Both the position numbers and the translations under genes were made by a program. A DNA stretch of 64,000 nt from Phyllosticta citribraziliensis (lineage: Eukaryota). Of the stretch, positions 48,750-59,851 are shown piece after piece (position 1 is the stretch's first letter; the number at the start of each line of letters is the position of its first letter). The stretch spans positions 682,001 to 746,000 of the forward strand of contig NW_027117348.1 of the NCBI RefSeq assembly GCF_038025025.1, given 5' to 3'. The notes beneath the pieces were generated by a model. That model did no database searches and was not told the origin of the DNA. It worked only from the letters and a program-made list of their open reading frames with translations.

Positions 48750-49481
48750 CTAGAATTCAAAGCTTTCGTCCACCTCGGTCGTCAGGGTGCTGACCCATTC
48801 GTCGACAACGTCGCCCGACGCTGGTCCATCGGCAGACGTTGCCATGCCGATATCCATGTTGCTCATTGTGTGGCCGGAGGGGTTCGGGCAGGACATTTGC
48901 CGCTTGTGGAGTGCCACGTTCTCCATCGATGGACGAAACTTTGCCGTAGGCGTTGATGCAATTGACGTGCAATCCGAAACCGGCGAGGGGGAAAGTATGA
49001 ATCGATTGATGGCCGGCGGGCGGATATCGGCCAAGTTTTTGTTGGGCTTGCCGCACTCCTTGGATTCTTCCAGCGTCGGGAGGCGGTTTGTCGAGGCGAT
49101 TCCCGAAGCTCGGCGCCGCATGTGGAAGAGAGTGGTGTCTCTGTGCTCCAGGGAAGGACTGTAGGATTCTGGGCGATGGTCTCTCAATGATTCGTGAAAA
49201 GACCCCTCGGAAGACGTGTCCGACCAATGCGACTGTAATGGTACTGATTTCATCGGAGCGGGCCGGAGCAGGCCAAGGAGACCTGCACTGCTTCGGAATC
49301 CTGGCGGAGTGGATTCGAGGGCGAAAGGCCTGGAGGCTTCGATGTTGGTCTGGTTCCAACGACGATGATGAGGAGATCGGTCGAGTGCCAGTGGTGACAT
49401 GTGCTCGGCGTGTAGCGACATGTCGAGGGGAAAGACGGAAAACGGGCTTTCCGGGCTCTTGACCATTGGGATTGAAGTCAT
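48750..49481 (-). CDS. Hypothetical Ser/Pro-rich protein (start uncertain; ORF open to 49670)
   Basis: A 306-codon ORF with disordered, protein-like composition and a plausible C-terminus (DVVDEWVSTLTTEVDESFEF). No recognisable domain. Confidence 0.45.
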   Translation of the reverse strand: MTSIPMVKSPESPFSVFPLDMSLHAEHMSPLALDRSPHHRRWNQTNIEASRPFALESTPPGFRSSAGLLGLLRPAPMKSVPLQSHWSDTSSEGSFHESLRDHRPESYSPSLEHRDTTLFHMRRRASGIASTNRLPTLEESKECGKPNKNLADIRPPAINRFILSPSPVSDCTSIASTPTAKFRPSMENVALHKRQMSCPNPSGHTMSNMDIGMATSADGPASGDVVDEWVSTLTTEVDESFEF

Positions 49482-52141
49482 GGTTGAGGATGCCGGCCGC
49501 CGGTCGAAGATGGAAACTAAAGCTCTACACGTTGAGCGAGAGGCGGGAGGACTTGGTGTCATACAAACCATCTTACTCGGACACGTCTTAAGAGAAGAGC
49601 TGTGGAAAAAGCAAAGTGACGGTGGAGGAACATCTAAGACATTCTCAAGCCATCTTCTGACCGTCCCCAAGCCTTGGAGAGTCAGTGTGCAAACAGGTGT
49701 ACCAACGGCATCTCATGCGGCGAGAGAGAAGTGTGCCTGGACCCTCGAATTCTCCAAATGCATCAAGAGATTCCGTGGCCCGGGTGAGCCAATTTCACGC
49801 AGCGCCGAGAACCTCCCTTACTTCCAACTGGACTAGGCCGTTTGACGTGCACAAGAAATGTGAGACGTACTCATTTACAGGTCCAGTTTCAGCTGCAAGC
49901 TGCCGCGTACGACGGTCACGCCTTGTCAAGTAATATCGCCCAAGCCTCGCCGTAGCAAATATCTTATCCCTCTGCACACCATTGACAGCCTGAAGAATAA
50001 ACGCCGGGCGGGATCGACAGTGGTAAGCTGCATGCTGCCACAGTCGATATTCGAATCTAGACGCCTTGACACCGAGGTTTCAAGAGTACAGTACAAACGC
50101 TGTGCATTCGAGCACTTCGAACGTGCCTCGGATAGCCAGCAGATGCAGTTGACCTTGAATTCGACGATTGGTGTGTTTTTAGCAGCGACGAACGAGCACA
50201 GCATCAATTTACCTCATCTTCAGACCAGCCAACACATGACACAACAGCGATCCCTCATCCACCACGGTCCAAGCTTTCCTTGGCACATGTCAAAGATGTA
50301 ACCCACGACCAATGTCTCAAGTACCGATTCTCTGAAGACGGTCTGCTTCACGAGAGCCCGCAGAGTGCTCAGGTGTCTATGTTGTGTTGGCGCGTGCCCG
50401 AGGGCCCCCAGCCTGGCTGGAGCGGCGTGATTGACGTCGTCGCCGTGGCGTCAGGAAGGCGAGGAAATGATGGACCGGTGAGGAATTTGGAGCGGCATGT
50501 TCCAGTCGCCCGAGCAGACGCTGACACATGGCCAGAGAGAGAATGGTCCCAGCCAACGTTGTCCAAATTTGGAATCGATCGCAAACGGCTTGCGGGCACG
50601 GTGGAGTTATTTTGAAGGTGGACGATCGAGGCAAGGCGTTGTGGCGCTGTGGCTCAAGAATGCGGCAGACGCGCGAAGAGAAGAGGACATGTCCGTGTTG
50701 ACGGCGGTGGGGGAGTGTTGGGTGGTGAGGGAGTGAGTGGCTGACAGCAGATGGATTGTTGTCTTCGGAATGTGGTGGTCAGTGCGCGGTGCTGAGTCAC
50801 CCTCCAGCGACTCGAGTCCCTTTTCTCTCGGCTGCCCCCAGCCTCTCCGCCCTTCTCTTCTCACCACCTTCCGCTGATCCAGCCTGCGACCTTGCACATC
50901 GTTTTGCGTCCGCCACACCATCTTTTCATCGGTCATCGATGTCTCCTCTTGCGAACGCGTTCTTGGTCCATCTTGGATTCTGAATCTTCGCGCCTGCCTG
51001 ACTCTCCCTGTTGTCACGCGTCGCCTCGGTCGGAACGCTTCTTTGACTGCTCCAAACCTTAACCGCCGATGGCCCACTTCGTGCGTGTTCTGGTTCGGGG
51101 CTGTCTAGTATGCCGACCTTGATGCTCAGGCCTCACGTCAGTGGGATCTGTGGTGTGCAGCCGTCTTCTCGTCGTCAGACGAGGGTCTGGCGCGTGTCGC
51201 TCACGGGCGGGTATCGGTATCCCAACGTGGCTTCAGGGCCCATGGCTTCGTCGTTCCTCGGGTGTTGCGACTGTTCCCTCGCCTTCGCATCATCTCAATG
51301 ATGGTCTCTCCTCACTGGAGTTGACCGCCCTTGGACCACCAACGACATTGCCCGCCGGGGTCTGGGAGATAACAGATGGGCGGATGCTTGGTGTCGCGAG
51401 CAAGCTTGTTGGATGGAGGGTGGTCGTCTTTGTTTCTGGTGTGGTCGTGCAGGCCGTAAAAGACGCGCCGGAGAAGCCAAAGTCAGAGGGTATCATCAAT
51501 TCGCGAGCCATGGCCGATGCAAAGAGCAGAGGGCGAACAAAAACCCTAGGGCAAATCAGCCCAGAGAAAAAGCTCCGCAGACAGGCCTCGTTCACAGGCG
51601 AACATCCCAGAGGACCACGGCAGAGGACCGTCGAGAAGCCCCTTTGCACACCAGAAGGCGAGTACTGAGCTGAAAGATTCAAGCCCGATGTGAGGTCGTC
51701 CCAACGTCCAAGTCCATGGAGTCTGAGCTGCCATGCAGCTCGCCCGGCTTACGAGCTGGTGCAGCCTGGGCGGCGGTGTCAAGACAAAGGAGTTGAGGAT
51801 CCGTCGAAAAACATGCACTATGTTCAATCCCGTACAGACGTCACGTCGATGGGGAACAAGGCGCGGCTTGAATTCCATCTGTATGACTGGCTCGTCACGA
51901 GCTGTCTGCTCAGTCGCCAGTATCTGGCATCAAACCTCGCCCGGCGAACACGCCGGCAAATTCTGTGCCGACATGGCAACTTGAAGCCGACGGGCAAGTC
52001 AAGGCCGGAAAGGCAGTTCAAGATTCAAGTGGGATTCCATTGGCGGCCCGGAACACATGGGCGCGCAGAAACCATTGAAGTCAAAATGACGCCGGAATGG
52101 TGTGACCGCGCTGGGAGAGACGTCTCTGGCCGGTGAATGGC

Positions 52142-52349
52142 AAGTCCGAGTCGAGAATTGATGTCAGATCTTCTCGTGCGGCAAAGAAAAAGTCCGAGTC
52201 TGAGAGATGCTGAGATCCTCTGCGCAAGAATGCTCCTGAGAGATGTGATCCTCGACGGCGGCAAAGAAAAGTCCGAGTCTGAGAGATGCTGAGATCCTCT
52301 GCGCGAGTCTGCGTCAGAGTGATGTGATCCTCGACAGCGGCAAAAGAAA
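52142..52349. repeat. Tandem ~80-bp direct repeat (2 full copies plus partials)
   Basis: gcggcaaagaaaa(a)gtccgagtctgagagatgctgagatcctctgcgc...gatgtgatcctcgac occurs at 52178 and 52258, with a partial third copy at 52337. Confidence 0.88.
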
Positions 52350-54979
52350 TGGTGGCTTCCATGCAGGTTGCGCCAGCAAATTGATGTGCGGCAGGGCAAA
52401 CAACCCCCAATGACCGACATCACGGAACTCATTCGCATTTGGCCTCTGCCGCGATCAGCTCGGGGTTAGCTAACCCCTCTCACCGGGCTTGAATCCAGCG
52501 GCATGCTGGGTGCGCAGATTCAATGCCAGAGTCGCTGTATTGCGACGACGGCCAAATGAAAATGCCTAGATTGCGAAGCAATCTGAACCGCTTACGAGTG
52601 GTTTGTCCTGGGCTGGACGAAAGATTCGGGAGTCATGTCCCACAAACTGGCATACGGAGCCGGTCACGGCAGCCCTGTTTTCCTGCTGCACTGCACTCAC
52701 CTGCCTTGCAGCAGCTTTTTCGGGTGCATTCTCTGGTGCAAGGATTCAAGAAAACCTCTCGGACATCACACTCCGCATCTTGTCAACAGGATGCCCCGTC
52801 CTCGGAGTACCCAAAACAAATAGACGCATGCTCCGCGCCTTGCTTGCAAGGGGCGTTTTCTTTTTCCTTTTTTGGTTTCAAAGTTCCTTGTGTTCGCGTT
52901 ATCTTCGGATGAAGAGTTGCTACGTGCCGCCAACGACTTGTTGCTGAGCTGCGCCTTTGCTACATCAACTGATTGTCATGTTCATTCAGAGTTGAGGAGA
53001 GGTCGGCGGAAGACTTGTCCGAGGGCTCAGCTCGGCCCCCATCGCTTTGTCTTGAGTGTCACTCTTGTTTTCGTCAAATGGGTGCTGGATGTTTGGAAGC
53101 TGAAATGGAAAATAGACAGCGCAACATCATCAATGTCAATCAACTCCCGTCACGTGTCGACTCGCACTCTGCGATCCTTTATCCCTCAATATTCACACGC
53201 ACTGGTGTTGAAGAGAACGCTGGCGCCGCCCGCTTCCTTCGGCATTGTCCCTCGTGCCAAAAGCCGATAGAAACTTCACATTCCCTCGACCCCAAAGGAC
53301 GAATCCATCGCACATCCCATCGTCTTGAAACCAGCAATAGGTGAATTGTAATCCGCATCGGAAACCCATGGAATCGCCATTTCCGCAAGAACTGCAAGAC
53401 TGCCCGGTGTGTTTTGCGCCTTCCTTTCGCCTCCAAGTAGCTCCTCTTCGGTTGAAAGCTGCCGTTGGCGGCCTACTTCACGGTACACGATGCAGAAAAT
53501 GAGCACGCAACACTCGCGGGAACATTTATCGCACAATCGCCGTCTCGCCAGCAGAGTCCACTTCTCCATCAGTCGCGTCTTCCGCATCCCATGTTGAAAA
53601 GAGGCCAGGCAGCAGAATTGCAAAGTCGCGAATACCAGAGATGGGGTGTGTTGCGCCCTACGGCCCTTACATTTGCCCTTGGGCCACTCCGAACTTGACA
53701 GCACCGCGGCTGATGCTCAAGGATGCCACGGTCTCGCCGAATTCGCCGCTGTAGATACTGCGGGCAATGTGTCACAAACGACCACGCTCTATTGTGGGGA
53801 GATCGCCTCTTCAGACAGCAAGCAACGCCTGCGGCTGCTCCCAGCGCCTACCCGGTATGCTTTCCCAAGGCAGAGCCGCACTCAACTGCCGCACCGCTCA
53901 ATCGCCATTGCCTGGAATTCGCGAAACGCATAAAGACAGAGAATGGGCTCGTTTGAGGTCAGCTTTCGGTGGTGAGACGGGTGAGACGGGCCGCGTCTCG
54001 GGAGCGCTTGCACGACGAACGGCCGAGGAAAGACGAAGAGGAAAAGAGAATGGGCGCAAAGGATTGGTGCAGGCTCAATCCGGCAAGGCCTTTGCTGCGT
54101 CAAAAAAGAGCGCGGCGTGATTGGCGAGAGCGGTAGCAGATTGTGGTGGTTTGCAACAGCAACTCGAAGACTACGCGTTTCGAGCGCCTTCTAGTCTCAA
54201 TCCATCGCATCTTCGAGACCTTGAGGCTTGGCTTTGGATGTTGTTTCCAAAGCCCTGACATTCTGATCGCCTCGCCCATGGTCTAGGTGTCTTGAGAACA
54301 TGCCTCGGTGCACGCCGGATGTTGGAAGACTGGAGACGCCTTTCCATTCTCATACACTTGGATCTCTAATCGGATCGCTGGCCCCATGATCTGTGATCTG
54401 AGCTTTCCAGATACGCATCGCAGACGCTCGGCATAGTGGCCACATTGAGGACTGCCTGGGCAGAAACGTTGAAGGCGCCTTGAAGTTGGTTCGAGCTGTT
54501 GCAAGAGTTTGACAGGCGCCTCCTCGAAGTCATTTAACAGCCTTGGAAAGATTTTGGAAATTTCTTTGATCGCGTCTGCCAGGTCTGGCATAACAATTCA
54601 GTACGCCTCAGACATTCGGCATCGTGGCGCAAGCTGGCCATCCCCAGTCTGAAAAATCGAGTTCCAACGGAATCCATCCCGCCGCTATTGCGCTTGACGG
54701 TAGTATTCCTATGGAGTGTGGGCTTGGGCGCTTGGTCTTCTGCGTCCGCCAAAGTTTCAACACTCTTTCGGCCGCAACATGCGAGACTTGAACCTCGCAA
54801 GCAGCACCGCAGAAGGGCACAGGCGCTGTGGTGTGATGGACATGGTCACAAACCGAGGCTTGAATGCATTTGAGAGGACAGTATAAAGCCATGGAAACAG
54901 ACACTGCACAACATCAGAATTCAACTCGATCCAATTCATCAACAACAAGCCAAAACACCAACTCCAACCTTCTGTCAAA

Positions 54980-55525
54980 ATGAAGTTCACCTACTTCGTC
55001 CCCGCTCTGCTGGCCACGGCGATTGCCACCCCGATCGTCGAGAAGCGCGACGCCACCGAGGCCATCACGGCCATCAACAAGATTTCGACGCAACTCGACA
55101 CGTTCAACCAGACGCTGACGGAATTCGCGACGGGCCAGAGCAGCGGGCTGGGCGGCGCGCTCAACCTGCAAAGCGGATCGGGCGACGTGGAGACGGTGCT
55201 CCAGGAAGCGACGACGACGGTGCAAAACGGGCAGCCGTTCAACGAGCAAGACAGCGCGCAGGTCGCGCAGGCCATCCTCGCCTTCCAGCCCAAGATCTTC
55301 GCCACCATCGACGGCATCACGGCCGTCAAGCCGCAGCTCCAAGCGAGCATCGGCTCCCTCACCAGCGTCGTCAAGACCAGCCTCCAGGAGCAGCAGACGG
55401 CGGCCCAGGGCTTCGCCGACGCCGTCTCCGAGAAGCTCACTGGCGAGTTCAAGGCCCAGGCTCCGGTCATCAACAAGCAGATACAGGACCGCTTCAACAC
55501 TGCGATCCAGGCTTACTCGACTTGA
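54980..55525 (+). CDS. Secreted HsbA / cell-wall galactomannoprotein (Mp1)-like helical protein
   Basis: Signal peptide MKFTYFVPALLATAIA and a Kex2 site (VEKR), then amphipathic helices with PFNEQDSAQV and FNTAIQAYS. GTATAAAG lies at about 54881, and the codon bias is strong. Confidence 0.8.
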   Translation: MKFTYFVPALLATAIATPIVEKRDATEAITAINKISTQLDTFNQTLTEFATGQSSGLGGALNLQSGSGDVETVLQEATTTVQNGQPFNEQDSAQVAQAILAFQPKIFATIDGITAVKPQLQASIGSLTSVVKTSLQEQQTAAQGFADAVSEKLTGEFKAQAPVINKQIQDRFNTAIQAYST

Positions 55526-56296
55526 GGAAGGTTGCGCGGGCCGGTGTTGATGTTTTGGCGCTCTTCTTCTCCTGCTTGGATCGAGTTTCTCCGTGGCTTT
55601 CATGCCGCGTCAAGCGCAGCTGGTACGGAATGGCTGTGCTGCGGCGCCCTGCGATGGGTTGTCGCGTGGTGGTCTTGAGCAATGGAATTCGCCTTTGTTG
55701 TTTTGCTTGCCTGCTTGCAAGTACACGAAGCCAGCTAGACAGTTTCTCAACAAATGGAAATCTTCCGAGAGCGTTCAAAACTACTGGTCCGACTGAAGTG
55801 CAAATGTTCGTGACAAGGGCGCAACTCCGTAGTGAAACCATCATCTGTTACATGTAGTCTTCGCTTTGAATGTTCTCTTTCTGCAGTCGTGATGAGTGTG
55901 ACAGAAGGCAGTGATGGTGACTCCATTTTTAATTCCATCAACGACGCGCGAGTTTGGTTCCCCAAAATCGTTACGTCTACAAATCCGATGCCCTTGCCGA
56001 GTAATTGGTTCAATTTGCTGCTGGGGGATCTCGTTCAAAGCCTTCATTTAAAAGATTGGCTCCCTCGTGGAAAAGTGCTTAACCAGCAGAGACCCCATAG
56101 ACCACCACCCCCGTCCCGCGGTGGCAGATACCGATCAAATCCGAGAAGACAAGCATGTCCCAAGTCCTTTCATCCGGTTGGCTCGTCTGCAACCCACCGG
56201 GTCCGTGCGCCACGCCAAAAAAAAAAGCCTTCACCCCCAGGCCCCCATCACTTGACCACGACACCACCAAAACAAAAAGACATAAGTCGGGATTTG

Positions 56297-56404
56297 AGCC
56301 CAACGCGGGGGTCGAACCCGCAGCCTTGAGATTTGCTTGTTTACTGCTGTTTGACGAGCTGGCGAACTAAGAGTCTCACGCTCTACCGATTGAGCTAGCC
56401 GGGC
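56297..56404 (-). tRNA. tRNA-Lys(CTT) with ~35-nt intron
   Basis: Reverse complement reads GCCCGGCTAGCTCAATCGGTAGAGCGTGAGACT-CTT-A[intron]ATCTCAAGGCTGCGGGTTCGACCCCCGCGTTGGGCT, with downstream T-runs. Confidence 0.96.
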
Positions 56405-57646
56405 GGCTTGTGTTGTTGTTAAGGAGCGAGTCGCTAAACCAATATATAAATATATATCTATGGGATCACAGAGCGTGGCAAAACAACAGTCACTGCTGCC
56501 CGAACTCAAACAAAGAAGATCCTTGCAAGTGAGTGTTTCGATGTAGTCCCACCGGGCTGGCTCGACGTTAGCTTTGCCGTCCACCTTTCCATCGGTTCTT
56601 TAAGGATCTTTCGTGTCCGCGCCTCTTCGCACTGGATAAGTGCAAGGAATGAGGATTTTTGTGACACGAAATGTCCTTCTGCTAAACAAAGAACCATACC
56701 TGTCGCCCATCGCGTTGGATGATCTTGGCGCCGGGCACAGAATTATGTCACGCGCACGATGCATTTTTATTTGGAGAGAGGAGATTGCCATTGCGTTCTA
56801 CGTATTTGTGCAGAAGTGAGTCGGGATGCTCTGCCAGCTCGGTGAGTGCGGGGAGGAGTGGGATGGACAGCACGCCCGGGGGCGACCGAGCGTGGACCGA
56901 GACGGCTGCTGCGCCTCAAAGAACACATTACTTCAGCCAACACGTTGGGGACGCCGTTTCGAAAGAAAAAGGAGTATGAAGGGGCAGTCTACGATGTCCG
57001 GGAACCCGCAACCGGAAGACGGACGATGGCAAGGAGAGGATTTTACGCCCTTGATTGGCACTACCGCCAGGTATTTCCGCAGACTTGGAAAATTTTCAAC
57101 CACGTCACAACCTCCCCAACATTGCTTTTCAACGCTACCGACCGTCGTCGAGTCGACTTGAGTTCACACGCGAGGCCTCGCGCTTGTGCTTGCCAAACAA
57201 GCAGGAACCAAGCCGCAAGGCCACGTTCCAGTGAAGATCTCACGTTATGGGCTAACCCGCTTAGGAAGGTTCGTCCCATACCTTTTCGACGACAGGGCAT
57301 GGAGTTGGATTGACAACGAAAGTGCTTCGACGACATCGCAACGCTCGAATTTTGAACAACTCGCTTGCATGAACGCTCCATGTTCAACCCGCTCGCTTGA
57401 AACCCGGATTCCTTGGTTCCTTACTGCAAGCTTTCCAACGACTCTTTTTGTTGAATTGTGTCCGCCCTGGGTGGCGCTGCCATAACTTGCTACCGTGGTG
57501 TACATCATTTGTGCGGTCGAGGTGTCATGGCAACGTAAAGTAACTTCGGCTCGTTGAGAAAGAAGATCGTGCGCTCAACTTGTAAGTCAGCGAGAGAATG
57601 CCGCGGGACAAACGATGCTTACCGTTTGTATGACAGATGACATCTT

Positions 57647-58369
57647 TCACCTACGGAACTTGAACCTCTCTACCAGGAGCGACTCCTCGAAATCGCAATC
57701 CTGCGCCATGCCCCAGTATTCCTCGACCGGATCCTCAATCTGCTCGTCCAACTCGCGCATGCGCTTGCGAACGGCTGGGAGAGGCTTGAGGATGGCGCGA
57801 ATGTCTTCAAAGGCCTCCAAGCGGTCTTCGTGACACAGGTCCAGCGTCACGAGCAAGAGGTGTTCCATGACGCGGCTGTTGACCGGAAGCCTGTTGGCCA
57901 TGACGGCGAAAGCTTCGACGTCCCAGGTGCACGTGTCGATGTAGAAGATGAGGGCGTCGCCGGCGGCGCGCTCGGCTTCGTCGACGCGGAGGCGAAAAGC
58001 GGCCACGTAAAGGTCGACGTCGTCGTGGAAATCGCTGGTCATGGGCAGCGGCTGTGGCTTTTCCGAGGCACAGGTTTCCAGCATCCAATCGAAAAGGTAG
58101 GCCAGCGAGGCGGGCGCGACGTTGGATCTGATGACGATGGCGGTCGCCGTGGGCTGCTTGGTGCGGTACTTGGCGATCAAGGTGCTGAATTGCGCGAGCA
58201 TGGCGCGCGGAAAGGTGCCGACGGTGTACATGTCCGTGTTCTGGACGTCGACATGGACGCGGAGGTTTGGGCCGCAGAGAAGACTGGCCCGGTCTCTTTC
58301 GCTGAGGACCAGGGGAGAGACGCCCAGCGGAATGGTTTTTGGGGGACCGGTGGTGTTGTGGAGGTGCAT
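57647..58369 (-). CDS. Divergent BTB/POZ-like domain protein
   Basis: LLCGPNLRVHV...FPRAMLAQFS...APASLAYLFDWM...VDLYVAAFRLRV follows the fungal BTB pattern, and the GC3 bias is gene-like. Confidence 0.6.
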   Translation of the reverse strand: MHLHNTTGPPKTIPLGVSPLVLSERDRASLLCGPNLRVHVDVQNTDMYTVGTFPRAMLAQFSTLIAKYRTKQPTATAIVIRSNVAPASLAYLFDWMLETCASEKPQPLPMTSDFHDDVDLYVAAFRLRVDEAERAAGDALIFYIDTCTWDVEAFAVMANRLPVNSRVMEHLLLVTLDLCHEDRLEAFEDIRAILKPLPAVRKRMRELDEQIEDPVEEYWGMAQDCDFEESLLVERFKFRR

Positions 58370-58691
58370 TTTGTTGGTTTGGTGCAGGGGCTTGGGCTGG
58401 CGCAAATTCAGTGGTGTGTTTGAGGCGTGGAGAGATGATTCACAAGACAAACGAGTCCTTGGTTCGACGAACAAAAAGTCAATGCGGACATCCCGTCTTT
58501 CCCAACATGATTCTGACCATGGGCCTCGCTTCGCTGTTGTACGCTAATTCCAAAGCGAACCAGGTAACGAATGCCTCTGGGGTGTTGAGCCAGTCCACCA
58601 TAAAATGCCACACAACCGCTCGAGTCGGCAAACTCATTTCACCTCAGCCCTTTTCGGAACACACTCCAAAACAATCCACAAAGAAGTCAAG

Positions 58692-59570
58692 ATGGATTTC
58701 TCAAGTCGATCACACAAGCTCTGGGCCATGGCACTCATCCTGGCCTTGGTCGCGTTCCTTCTTCTCGGCAACATGGGCCCGGGACAAGTCGAACAAACTC
58801 TCGACAAGCGCGGGGCTCCCGAAGGCGAAGCCGATGGCTGGAAACATGTCTGGGGGTCAATGGCTGCAAAACTCAAACACACTCTCCACAAGCGCGGAAA
58901 CGACAACGACAAGGACAAGGACAACGACAACGGCGGATACGCAGACGCCGTCGACTACATTCTCGAAGGGCACACGACGTTGCAGAATGCCTGGGGTACA
59001 GTACCAAACGAGTTCAACGACCAGCAGGAAGTGGCCATGAGGAAGATCCCCGGGCCGAAGACGGAGCCGCCCTTTGAGCCCTGCAACCGCAAGGATTGGG
59101 TCATGTGGCTCTCCTTCGGCGCGTCCCACGAAGAATTCTGGAGCCATCGCGATGCGAGGGATGTTTCATGCCTCAAGGACGCCGACTGGAAGTCCAACGG
59201 ATGTGCCCCCCTCTATAACCGGCCTGGACTCTGGCCTGGCATTGTATGGGACTTCACGGTCGCATGCCAGCGAAAGGACTTTGCCAGGCTCAATCTCCCA
59301 GATTTCAGAAGTGCCTTCAGGCAAGAGATGGGTTCGATGGTCAAATTTCATCCCTTCATCAAACAACGGTTTGCCAAAGATGCCATTCACATGTGCACCA
59401 AGCAACACTACAACAGGCCGCTCATGGATTCCGAGTTTGGCGACATTGTATCAGAATCGAAGAAAAGATGTCTTGGCTATGCCTGGTGGATGGTAAAGTG
59501 GCTTAAAGATGGTAATTTTAAAAGTGGAAAACTCCCCTTAGAGGAGATACTCACATGGATACATACATAG
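58692..59570 (+). CDS. Secreted or membrane-anchored protein with a C-terminal bacterial/fungal-type (group XIV) phospholipase A2-like domain; catalytic His replaced by Lys
   Basis: N-terminal hydrophobic helix LWAMALILALVAFLLL, then TLDKRG and TLHKRG. DADWKSNGCAP...WDFTVACQRKDFARLNL matches the family pattern DWxxDGCS...F..aC.RHDFgY.N. IKQRFAKDAIHMC and a C...A..Y-like end follow. Confidence 0.7.
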   Translation: MDFSSRSHKLWAMALILALVAFLLLGNMGPGQVEQTLDKRGAPEGEADGWKHVWGSMAAKLKHTLHKRGNDNDKDKDNDNGGYADAVDYILEGHTTLQNAWGTVPNEFNDQQEVAMRKIPGPKTEPPFEPCNRKDWVMWLSFGASHEEFWSHRDARDVSCLKDADWKSNGCAPLYNRPGLWPGIVWDFTVACQRKDFARLNLPDFRSAFRQEMGSMVKFHPFIKQRFAKDAIHMCTKQHYNRPLMDSEFGDIVSESKKRCLGYAWWMVKWLKDGNFKSGKLPLEEILTWIHT

Positions 59571-59851
59571 TTAGGGGTAGACCTTACCTATTATTAGCCT
59601 AGAGGAGAACCTTGGAAGAAATAACTTAATAAAGAAAAATAAACCTTGAAAACATAAAAACATTTTCAGGAGAAGATTCGTTCGCTCGCTCTGCCAAGCG
59701 CCGTAAGGGTGCCTTACCGGGCTCGGCTGTACCTGGGCTCGGCTTACCGCCCGACTGCCGGCGCCCGACCGTCGCGTCTCCCCCCCGCCATCCTACACGT
59801 CCCGTCCTCCTGTCGCTCCGCTTCAACTCCCTCGACTACGTCTGCCCTCTG

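Noticed and set aside
52142..52349. Possible CRISPR array
   Set aside because: The context is eukaryotic, the units are contiguous tandem copies without unique spacers, and there are no cas genes.
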